Positions 1-6,904 of a stretch of 7,439 nt of DNA are shown piece after piece. The DNA comes from a virus. Taxonomy: Duplodnaviria; Heunggongvirae; Uroviricota; Caudoviricetes. A model generated the notes under the pieces. The model was not told the origin of the DNA and made no database searches. It saw nothing but the letters and a program-made list of their open reading frames with translations. Every line of letters starts with the position of its first letter. Position 1 is the first letter of the stretch. The translations under genes were made by a program, and so were the position numbers. Location: the IMG/VR virus record IMGVR_UViG_2645727715_000009. One strand, given 5' to 3'.

Positions 1-253
1 CATGCTGGCGAACGTCTCCGGCGCACCGTTAATGTTAACTGCGCTGGCGCTGCTTTTTTTTTCTCCAACTCCTATGGCGGCATGGCTTACTCACTATGGC
101 GGTGCGGCAGGTCCGGTCATCTTCGGCGTAGGCTATAACGATATTAAATCCTGGTGGTTGGTCGGTGCGGTACTGACGATATTAACCTTCCTGGTACATA
201 TCACCCTCGGCGTGTGGTGGTGGAATATGCTGATCGGCTGGAACATGCTGTAA
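1..253 (+). CDS. ybhI: C-terminal fragment of an inner-membrane transporter (DASS/SLC13-like anion transporter); 5' end lies outside the window
   Basis: Reading frame open from the window edge to TAA at 251-253. Translation is hydrophobic and Trp-rich (LTILTFLVHITLGVWWWNMLIGW), typical of a transmembrane C-terminus. Symbol assigned from remembered K-12 gene order (ybhI-ybhJ-ybhC-attB lambda), not from a search. Confidence 0.6.
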   Translation, partial: MLANVSGAPLMLTALALLFFSPTPMAAWLTHYGGAAGPVIFGVGYNDIKSWWLVGAVLTILTFLVHITLGVWWWNMLIGWNML

Positions 254-397
254 ATATACTCGTCATACTTCAAGTTGCATGTGCTGCGTCTGCGTTCGCT
301 CACCCCAGTCACTTACTTATTTAAGCTCCTGGGGATTCACTCGCTTGCCGCCTTCCTGCAACTCGAATTATTTAGAGTATATCCATTTATTATCTTT

Positions 398-419
398 CTG
401 CGCACTTAACGGTGCGCAG
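398..419. promoter_or_regulatory. Perfect inverted repeat CTGCGCAC-N6-GTGCGCAG (8-bp stem) in the ybhI-ybhJ intergenic region
   Basis: Seen directly: 398-405 pairs with 412-419. No U-run follows on either strand, so it is not a canonical intrinsic terminator; possible regulator binding site or RNA hairpin just upstream of the GGAG/ATG at 426-438. Confidence 0.3.
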
Positions 420-587
420 ATATCTGGAGCATTTGATGATCAAGTTATCTGAAAAAGGCGTGTTTCTCGCCAGTAATAACGAAATAATTGCCGAAGAACA
501 TTTCAGCGGCGAAATTAAAAAAAGAAGAAGCCAAAAAAAGGCACTATTGCCTGGTCTATTCTCTCTTCTCATAATACGTCCGGAAAT

Positions 588-2699
588 ATGGATAAACTTA
601 AAATTAAGTTTGATTCATTAGCCTCTCACGATATTACCTTTGTTGGTATTGTACAGACCGCTAAAGCGTCCGGTATGGAACGTTTCCCGCTGCCGTATGT
701 GCTGACCAACTGCCATAACTCACTCTGCGCCGTCGGCGGCACCATTAACGGTGATGACCATGTTTTTGGTTTATCGGCAGCGCAGCGTTATGGCGGTATT
801 TTTGTGCCTCCACATATTGCGGTCATCCATCAATATATGCGTGAGATGATGGCAGGCGGCGGCAAAATGATCCTCGGGTCAGACAGCCACACCCGTTACG
901 GTGCGTTAGGTACGATGGCTGTCGGCGAGGGCGGCGGCGAGCTGGTAAAACAACTGCTTAATGATACCTGGGATATCGATTATCCGGGCGTGGTCGCGGT
1001 GCATCTAACCGGAAAACCTGCGCCGTATGTGGGGCCGCAGGATGTGGCGCTGGCTATCATTGGTGCCGTGTTCAAAAACGGCTACGTCAAAAACAAAGTG
1101 ATGGAATTCGTGGGGCCCGGTGTTGCAGCGCTCTCTACCGATTTCCGTAACAGCGTTGACGTGATGACCACTGAAACGACCTGTTTAAGTTCTGTCTGGC
1201 AAACTGATGAAGAAGTCCATAACTGGCTGGCGCTGCACGGTCGCGGCCAGGATTATTGTCAGCTTAACCCTCAACCGATGGCGTACTACGATGGCTGCAT
1301 CAGCGTTGATTTGAGTGCCATCAACCCAATGATTGCGCTGCCGTTCCACCCAAGCAACGTGTATGAAATCGACACGCTGAACCAGAACCTGACCGACATT
1401 CTGCGTGAGATTGAAATTGAGTCCGAGCGCGTGGCGCACGGGAAAGCCAAACTCTCGCTGCTGGATAAAGTGGAAAATGGTCGCCTGAAAGTGCAGCAGG
1501 GGATTATCGCGGGCTGTTCTGGCGGTAACTACGAAAACGTCATCGCGGCGGCGAATGCACTGCGTGATCAATCCTGTGGCAATGACACCTTCTCGCTGGC
1601 GGTTTATCCGTCATCACAGCCGGTGTTTATGGATTTAGCCAAAAAAGGCATGGTAGCAGATTTGATTGGCGCAGGCGCAATCATCAGAACCGCGTTCTGC
1701 GGCCCATGCTTCGGTGCGGGTGATACGCCAATCAACAACGGTTTGAGTATTCGCCACACCACGCGTAACTTCCCGAACCGCGAAGGCTCTAAGCCAGCTA
1801 ATGGTCAGATGTCAGCGGTGGCGTTGATGGACGCCCGTTCTATTGCTGCGACTGCGGCAAACGGAGGCTATTTAACCTCTGCCAGCGAACTCGATTGCTG
1901 GGACAACGTGCCGGAGTATGCCTTCGATGTAACGCCGTATAAAAACCGTGTTTATCAGGGCTTTGTGAAAGGGGCGACCCAGCAATCGCTGATCTACGGA
2001 CCGAACATCAAAGACTGGCCGGAATTGGGCGCGCTGACTGACAATATCGTCCTCAAAGTGTGCTCGAAGATCCTCGACGAAGTGACCACCACCGACGAAT
2101 TGATTCCTTCCGGTGAAACCTCTTCTTATCGTTCAAATCCGATTGGTCTGGCGGAGTTTACCCTGTCACGCCGTGATCCGGGCTATGTTGGCAGAAGTAA
2201 AGCGACTGCCGAGCTGGAAAATCAGCGTCTGGCGGGCAATGTCAGCGAGCTGGCAGATGTATTTGCGCGCATTAAGCAGATTGCTGGTCAGGAGCATATT
2301 GATCCGCTGCAAACTGAAATTGGCAGCATGGTCTATGCGGTGAAACCAGGCGATGGTTCTGCGCGTGAGCAGGCGGCGAGCTGCCAGCGTGTGATTGGCG
2401 GTCTGGCGAATATTGCCGAGGAATACGCGACTAAACGCTACCGTTCTAACGTCATCAACTGGGGGATGTTACCGCTGCAAATGGCGGAAGCACCAACGTT
2501 TGAAGTGGGGGATTACATTTACATCCCTGGCATTAAAGCGGCGCTGGATAATCCAGGTACGACGTTTAAAGGTTATGTGATCCATGAAGATGCGCCGATA
2601 ACAGAGATTACGCTCTATATGGAAAGTCTGACTGCTGAAGAGCGCGAGATTATCAAGGCGGGTAGTTTGATTAACTTCAATAAAAACCGTCAGATGTAA
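588..2699 (+). CDS. ybhJ: Aconitase-family (Fe-S) hydratase, 703 aa as drawn; true start may lie upstream (see findings)
   Basis: Long ORF with aconitase signatures GSDSHT and CGPCFG (cluster-ligand cysteines) and an [14 protein letters not shown] swivel-type motif. Stop TAA 2697-2699. The ATG at 588 has only a weak SD (GGAA). Confidence 0.85.
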   Translation: MDKLKIKFDSLASHDITFVGIVQTAKASGMERFPLPYVLTNCHNSLCAVGGTINGDDHVFGLSAAQRYGGIFVPPHIAVIHQYMREMMAGGGKMILGSDSHTRYGALGTMAVGEGGGELVKQLLNDTWDIDYPGVVAVHLTGKPAPYVGPQDVALAIIGAVFKNGYVKNKVMEFVGPGVAALSTDFRNSVDVMTTETTCLSSVWQTDEEVHNWLALHGRGQDYCQLNPQPMAYYDGCISVDLSAINPMIALPFHPSNVYEIDTLNQNLTDILREIEIESERVAHGKAKLSLLDKVENGRLKVQQGIIAGCSGGNYENVIAAANALRDQSCGNDTFSLAVYPSSQPVFMDLAKKGMVADLIGAGAIIRTAFCGPCFGAGDTPINNGLSIRHTTRNFPNREGSKPANGQMSAVALMDARSIAATAANGGYLTSASELDCWDNVPEYAFDVTPYKNRVYQGFVKGATQQSLIYGPNIKDWPELGALTDNIVLKVCSKILDEVTTTDELIPSGETSSYRSNPIGLAEFTLSRRDPGYVGRSKATAELENQRLAGNVSELADVFARIKQIAGQEHIDPLQTEIGSMVYAVKPGDGSAREQAASCQRVIGGLANIAEEYATKRYRSNVINWGMLPLQMAEAPTFEVGDYIYIPGIKAALDNPGTTFKGYVIHEDAPITEITLYMESLTAEEREIIKAGSLINFNKNRQM

Positions 2700-2715
2700 A
2701 AAGCGCCATGTGAAT

Positions 2716-2823
<108 letters not shown>

Positions 2824-2839
2824 AAAAAGTTAATCGCTT

Positions 2840-4123
2840 TTACTTCTTCGCCTCTGCAACCACTTTGCTACCCACGCCGCGGTTATTGTATTCCCACATG
2901 CGGTTGTAGTTAGTGTCATTCAGATTACGCTGTACTTCGTCGTTATCATCAACGTTGCCAGTATTACCCGCAAACGGACGATTGGAAATCACCGCATCGG
3001 CCCACGGTTTAGCCGTGTTAAAACCTTCGTTGATGGCGCTATCACGGATCACCACCTGACCGTTGGTATTGGCATCAACATCCAGCGAGCGGCCCAGTTG
3101 CGCCACGCCATCACCAGAAGCATTGAAACGGCTGTTTACGGCGAGGAAACCGTAATAGATGTTTGACAGCGTAGCCGGTGCAAACACATACGCTTCTTGC
3201 TGGGTACGGGAGTTCACCACGCGGAATTCGGTATTATCGAACACCACTGCGCCGCGACCAGAAACGATATCCACATCCCCTTCAATGTAACTGTTGGTCA
3301 CCAGAGTACGCGGCTGACGGTTGGTTTCCAGACGGTTTTGCACACCACTGTTGGTGACAAAGAATGTATTCTGACGACCGAGAATGTTGACGTTATTGAT
3401 CTGCACTTTGTCGCCATCAGTACGCAGTGCCACCGCCGGATGGTTACCCGCATCTACGCTATCACCCAGCGTGTTTTCGATGGTCAGGTTTTGCAGTTGC
3501 AGGCCATTGTTTTGTGACCAGAAGACCGCAGAGCAGAGAACGCCGATACTGTCGCTGCGTTTGCTCTGGCAGCTATCGTACATATACCACGCTGGTTTAC
3601 CTGGCATATATTTGCCGCGCGGGTTGACGTCGTGACGCCAGTCGGCAGGGCTCATGCCCCCATCAAGGGAAAGCCCAATCTTCACATCAATCGGTTTTTC
3701 ACCTGTACCGTACAGAGTAATTCCACCCGGAGCGGCAGGGACATACACCGTTCCCTGATATTCACCAGGCATCACGGCAATATACTGGCGCTTGTTGGTG
3801 CGCTTGATAATTGCCGCATCTACCGCCGCCTGAATCGTGGTATGCGTTACACCTTGAGTACCCGCCGGGCCGACAACAAAGTCAGGTTGCGCAGGCAGGG
3901 TAATCGGGGAAGGATTCCACGCTGCAGCACCTGGCGTCAGGGACGCAAAATAGTGTTGAGCATCGAAATTCTGCGCTTCTTTTGCCGACAGAATCGGGCG
4001 AGAAGAGGTACCAGGCGCGGTTTGATCAGAAGGACGTTGATCGGGCGGTGTTGAGCTACAGGCGGTCAGCGTCACGCCAAAAGCCAATGCCAGCGCCAGA
4101 CGGGAAACTGAAAATGTGTTCAC
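2840..4123 (-). CDS. ybhC: Outer-membrane lipoprotein with pectinesterase fold (YbhC-type acyl-CoA thioesterase), 427 aa, GTG start
   Basis: Signal peptide plus lipobox (LTAC) at the N-terminus; pectinesterase-like motifs (PAVALR, GDVDIVSGRG). GGAG sits 6 nt upstream of GTG at 4121-4123. Lies immediately next to the lambda att core, as expected for ybhC. Confidence 0.85.
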   Translation of the reverse strand: MNTFSVSRLALALAFGVTLTACSSTPPDQRPSDQTAPGTSSRPILSAKEAQNFDAQHYFASLTPGAAAWNPSPITLPAQPDFVVGPAGTQGVTHTTIQAAVDAAIIKRTNKRQYIAVMPGEYQGTVYVPAAPGGITLYGTGEKPIDVKIGLSLDGGMSPADWRHDVNPRGKYMPGKPAWYMYDSCQSKRSDSIGVLCSAVFWSQNNGLQLQNLTIENTLGDSVDAGNHPAVALRTDGDKVQINNVNILGRQNTFFVTNSGVQNRLETNRQPRTLVTNSYIEGDVDIVSGRGAVVFDNTEFRVVNSRTQQEAYVFAPATLSNIYYGFLAVNSRFNASGDGVAQLGRSLDVDANTNGQVVIRDSAINEGFNTAKPWADAVISNRPFAGNTGNVDDNDEVQRNLNDTNYNRMWEYNNRGVGSKVVAEAKK

Positions 4124-4162
4124 AGGTTGCTCCGGGCTATGAAATAGAAAAATGAATCCGTT

Positions 4163-4260
4163 GAAGCCTGCTTTTTTATACTAAGTTGGCATTATAAAAA
4201 AGCATTGCTTATCAATTTGTTGCAACGAACAGGTCACTATCAGTCAAAATAAAATCATTA
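4163..4260. other. attL (B-O-P') of a lambda-type prophage; 15-bp core GCTTTTTTATACTAA at 4170-4184
   Basis: Exact lambda core sequence, followed by P' arm sequence (GTTGGCATTATAAAAAAGCATTGCTTATCAATTTGTTGCAACGAACAGGTCACTATCAGTCAAAATAAAATCATTATTTG) running into the int stop codon. Bacterial arm sequence on the ybhC side. Confidence 0.92.
4209..4260. promoter_or_regulatory. P' arm protein-binding sites: IHF H' (TATCAATTTGTTG) and Int arm-type sites P'1-P'3 (AGGTCACTAT / CAGTCAAAAT / AAAATCATTA)
   Basis: Matches to the IHF consensus WATCAANNNNTTR and the Int arm-type consensus C/AAGTCACTAT read directly from the sequence; assignment by analogy with lambda attP. Confidence 0.7.
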
Positions 4261-5328
4261 TTTGATTTCAATTTTGTCCCACTCCCTGCCTCTGTCATCA
4301 CGATACTGTGATGCCATGGTGTCCGACTTATGCCCGAGAAGATGTTGAGCAAACTTATCGCTTATCTGCTTCTCATAGAGTCTTGCAGACAAACTGCGCA
4401 ACTCGTGAAAGGTAGGCGGATCCCCTTCGAAGGAAAGACCTGATGCTTTTCGTGCGCGCATAAAATACCTTGATACTGTGCCGGATGAAAGCGGTTCGCG
4501 ACGAGTAGATGCAATTATGGTTTCTCCGCCAAGAATCTCTTTGCATTTATCAAGTGTTTCCTTCATTGATATTCCGAGAGCATCAACATGCAATGCTGTT
4601 GGGATGGCAATTTTTACGCCTGTTTTGCTTTGCTCGACATAAAGATATCCATCTACGATATCAGACCACTTCATTTCGCATAAATCACCAACTCGTTGCC
4701 CGGTAACAACAGCCAGTTCCATTGCAAGTCTGAGCCAACATGGTGATGATTCTGCTGCTTGATAAATTTTCAGGTATTCGTCAGCCGTAAGTCTTGATCT
4801 CCTTACCTCTGATTTTGCTGCGCGAGTGGCAGCGACAGGGTTTGTTGTTATATGGCCTTCAGCTATTGCCTCTCGGAATGCATCGCTCAGTGTTGATCTG
4901 ATTAACTTGGCTGACGCCGCCTTGCCCTCGTCTATGTATCCATTGAGCATTGCCGCAATTTCTTTTGTGGTGATGTCTTCAAGTGGAGCATCAGGCAGAC
5001 CCCTCCTTATTGCTTTAATTTTGCTCATGTAATTTATGAGTGTCTTCTGCTTGATTCCTCTGCTGGCCAGGATTTTTTCGTAGCGATCAAGCCATGAATG
5101 TAACGTAACGGAATTATCACTGTTGATTCTCGCTGTCAGAGGCTTGTGTTTGTGTCCTGAAAATAACTCAATGTTGGCCTGTATAGCTTCAGTGATTGCG
5201 ATTCGCCTGTCTCTGCCTAATCCAAACTCTTTACCCGTCCTTGGGTCCCTGTAGCAGTAATATCCATTGTTTCTTATATAAAGGTTAGGGGGTAAATCCC
5301 GGCGCTCATGACTTCGCCTTCTTCCCAT
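4258..5328 (-). CDS. int: Tyrosine site-specific recombinase, phage lambda integrase (356 aa)
   Basis: Translation recognised as lambda Int: N-terminal arm-binding domain (MGRRRSHERRDLPPNLYIRNNGYYCYRDPRTGKEFGLGRD), catalytic box HELRSL and LLGHKSDTMASQYRDD with the tyrosine nucleophile. Stop abuts the P' arm. Confidence 0.97.
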   Translation of the reverse strand: MGRRRSHERRDLPPNLYIRNNGYYCYRDPRTGKEFGLGRDRRIAITEAIQANIELFSGHKHKPLTARINSDNSVTLHSWLDRYEKILASRGIKQKTLINYMSKIKAIRRGLPDAPLEDITTKEIAAMLNGYIDEGKAASAKLIRSTLSDAFREAIAEGHITTNPVAATRAAKSEVRRSRLTADEYLKIYQAAESSPCWLRLAMELAVVTGQRVGDLCEMKWSDIVDGYLYVEQSKTGVKIAIPTALHVDALGISMKETLDKCKEILGGETIIASTRREPLSSGTVSRYFMRARKASGLSFEGDPPTFHELRSLSARLYEKQISDKFAQHLLGHKSDTMASQYRDDRGREWDKIEIK

Positions 5329-5524
5329 TTCTGATCCTCTTCAAAAGGCTACCTGTTACTGGTCGATTTAAGTCAACCTTTACCGCTGATTCGTGGAACA
5401 GATACTCTCTTCCATCCTTAACCGGAGGAGGGAATATCCTGCATTCGCGCACCCATCGACGAACTGTTTCAAGGCTTCTTGGGCGTCGCTGGCGAGCGTT
5501 CCACTCCTGAAGTGTCAAGTACAT
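5306..5524 (-). CDS. xis: Excisionase Xis (72 aa)
   Basis: Translation MYLTLQEWNARQRRPRSLETVRRWVRECRIFPPPVKDGREYLFHESAVKVDLNRPVTGSLLKRIRNGKKAKS recognised as lambda Xis; 3' end overlaps the int start by 23 bp as in lambda. Confidence 0.97.
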   Translation of the reverse strand: MYLTLQEWNARQRRPRSLETVRRWVRECRIFPPPVKDGREYLFHESAVKVDLNRPVTGSLLKRIRNGKKAKS

Positions 5525-5551
5525 CGCAAAGTCTCCGCAATTACACGCAAG

Positions 5552-5572
5552 AAAAAACCGCCATCAGGCGGC
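5552..5572 (-). terminator. Candidate intrinsic terminator on the minus strand about 28 bp upstream of the xis start
   Basis: Minus-strand RNA would read CCGCC-UGAU-GGCGG followed by UUUUUU (plus-strand A6 at 5552-5557). Short all-GC stem, so strength is uncertain. Confidence 0.45.
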
Positions 5573-5742
5573 TTGGTGTTCTTTCAGTTCTTCAATTCGA
5601 ATATTGGTTATGTCTGCATGTGCTATCTGCGCCCATATCATCCAGTTGTCATAGCAGTCATTGATGTTCTCTGCTTAGATAACTCTGTTGAATGGTTCTC
5701 CATTCCATTCACCAGTGACTCTGAAGTGCATTTATCATCTCC

Positions 5743-5768
5743 GTAAAACAAAACTCGCCGTAGCGAGT
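5743..5768 (-). terminator. Intrinsic terminator downstream of the 141-aa gene (minus strand)
   Basis: Stem ACTCGC / GCGAGT (5753-5758 with 5763-5768), 4-nt loop, followed on the minus strand by UUUUGUUUUAC (plus 5743-5752). Confidence 0.6.
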
Positions 5769-5818
5769 TCAGATATAATTTTCACCAAAGGCAGTAGTTG
5801 CTTGATGCTAAGAATTAT

Positions 5819-6244
5819 TCAATATCTATTCCTGTAATATTCTTTTATTTTTTTCCTTGCAAAGACTTTTGCTAGTGATTTTGAAACACTCATAAGAGTA
5901 CTAATTCCCTCATCCTTAAAGTTTGTTTTTATAGCTTGCCAGACCTCCTTTTGACGTAAGTCAGCAATAAAATCATGCCCTCTTGCTGTCAACCTCAGTG
6001 GTACTTCGATCCAACTATATTCAACACCTTCCCCTAACTCGTTGGACATTATATGACCGAACCCTGGTTTTCCATCAACCCTAACTATTAATTCGTAGTC
6101 ACATAATAATCGCATATGGAAAATAAAATTTTGGTCATATCTATTAAAGCCATTATCCTCTAGTTCACTAAGCATCGTGTCAGGGCCATAAGTTTTTTCG
6201 AATGCGATAAGTAGATCTTTTAGATATTGCTGGTCTAATTTCAT
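5819..6244 (-). CDS. Small AT-rich prophage accessory protein (141 aa), DUF2513-like (putative winged-helix); function unknown
   Basis: Clean ORF with strong SD (GGAGG, 5-nt spacer, ATG) and TGA stop. Sequence pattern MKLDxxYLKDLLIAFE ... FIFHMRLLCDYELI ... LRLTARGHDFIADLRQKEVW resembles the DUF2513 family as I remember it; needs HMM confirmation. Markedly AT-rich by eye relative to the host genes and int. Confidence 0.8.
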   Translation of the reverse strand: MKLDQQYLKDLLIAFEKTYGPDTMLSELEDNGFNRYDQNFIFHMRLLCDYELIVRVDGKPGFGHIMSNELGEGVEYSWIEVPLRLTARGHDFIADLRQKEVWQAIKTNFKDEGISTLMSVSKSLAKVFARKKIKEYYRNRY

Positions 6245-6249
6245 TGCCG

Positions 6250-6300
6250 CCTCCGTGACATGTCACAGAGATTTATATCATTAATTTTGTTTCGTGCCAG
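6250..6300 (-). promoter_or_regulatory. Predicted sigma70 promoter with extended -10 (TGATATAAA), a 12-bp perfect palindrome GTGACATGTCAC at the predicted transcript start, and the SD of the 141-aa gene
   Basis: On the minus strand: -35-like CTGGCA (plus 6295-6300), 17-nt spacer, TG-n-TATAAA (plus 6272-6280), palindrome at plus 6255-6266, GGAGG at plus 6250-6254. All read by eye; no expression data. Confidence 0.4.
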
Positions 6301-6611
6301 CCTTTGGTCACCCAGTATTGTGAGTCACCATTACACGGGCATGAATTAACAGGAACTCTCTCGCCGCACTTACGGCAACGTTTTCTGCTAATCGATTTTA
6401 TACGCCAGCGCACACGTGCATCATCCTGGCGGCTCAGTAATGCTATGTACTCACCAAACTCGTAAGGCGCACGCCTGAAGCGGCGCGTGGCTCAGTTACG
6501 CTCCAGCATTTCAATTTCCTGAGCATCAAGTACAAGCTCCAGCTTACGCATACCGGATGATGCTTGCTTGGCTCTCTGATCGGCTTTGCGCTCTGCTGCT
6601 GATCTAGTCAT
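6273..6611 (-). pseudogene. 112-codon reading frame interrupted by a single in-frame TGA (6492-6494): 39-aa basic N-terminal segment plus 72-codon C-terminal segment with a C-X2-C-X8-C-X-C zinc-ribbon-like motif. Could be a nonsense-disrupted gene, two small genes, or a readthrough product
   Basis: Hand translation of the minus strand: ATG at 6611 (AGGA 8 nt upstream) gives MTRSAAERKADQRAKQASSGMRKLELVLDAQEIEMLERN, then TGA, then in frame ATRRFRRAPYEFGEYIALLSRQDDARVRWRIKSISRKRCRKCGERVPVNSCPCNGDSQYWVTKGWHETKLMI, then TAA at 6273-6275. Absent from the ORF track because each piece is under 60 aa from a start codon. Confidence 0.3.
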
Positions 6612-6804
6612 TCTGCTTTTCCTGCATCAGGAGAAAGACAATCATGGCGGCGCGGATACTTCCGGTATCTTTTTACGCGATATTACCCTTCAATGGCACA
6701 TACAAGAAGACAGCCATCAGCAGGAATGAGTGAGGAATCGACAACCAGTAACGCTTAATTATCTATAGTGTCGTATTTGCTTCATAAAATATGGCGAATA
6801 ACAC

Positions 6805-6836
6805 AAAGCCCGCAGCAGCTCATTGTGCGGGCTTTT
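6805..6836. terminator. Hairpin terminator, possibly bidirectional, downstream of the 5'-partial ORF
   Basis: Stem AAAGCCCGCA / TGCGGGCTTT (6805-6814 with 6826-6835), 11-nt loop, followed by TTTTCTTAT on the plus strand and by UUUGUGUUAUU on the minus strand. Confidence 0.55.
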
Positions 6837-6904
6837 CTTATACTTACTTCCTGGAGATAATTCTATGGAGGCATTAAATTAATGCTGTCATTGGTAATAT
6901 CATA

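Noticed and set aside
54-62. T9 homopolymer inside the ybhI coding region
   Set aside because: Encodes LFF in a hydrophobic helix with the frame intact; likely ordinary sequence rather than a phase-variation site.
390-572. 60-aa minus-strand ORF in the ybhI-ybhJ intergenic region
   Set aside because: Antisense to the better-supported 412-621/ybhJ start region, no SD, low-complexity translation.
3197-4054. Plus-strand ORFs 3197-3517, 3384-3635, 3427-3627 and 3632-4054 antisense to ybhC
   Set aside because: Antisense to a gene with clear lipoprotein and pectinesterase signatures; Arg-rich low-complexity translations.
5675-5731. 18-aa minus-strand ORF (MHFRVTGEWNGEPFNRVI) with GGAG SD just after the 5743-5768 terminator, and neighbouring 21-24-aa ORFs
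   Set aside because: Too short and unsupported to call; mentioned under the terminator finding as a possible gene remnant.
4509-5746. Plus-strand ORFs 4509-4706, 4826-5032, 5393-5746 and 5479-5664 antisense to int/xis
   Set aside because: Overlap the recognised lambda int and xis genes on the opposite strand; no independent support.
6255-6266. GTGACATGTCAC as a CRP site
   Set aside because: CRP needs TGTGA-N6-TCACA; here the half-sites have no spacer.
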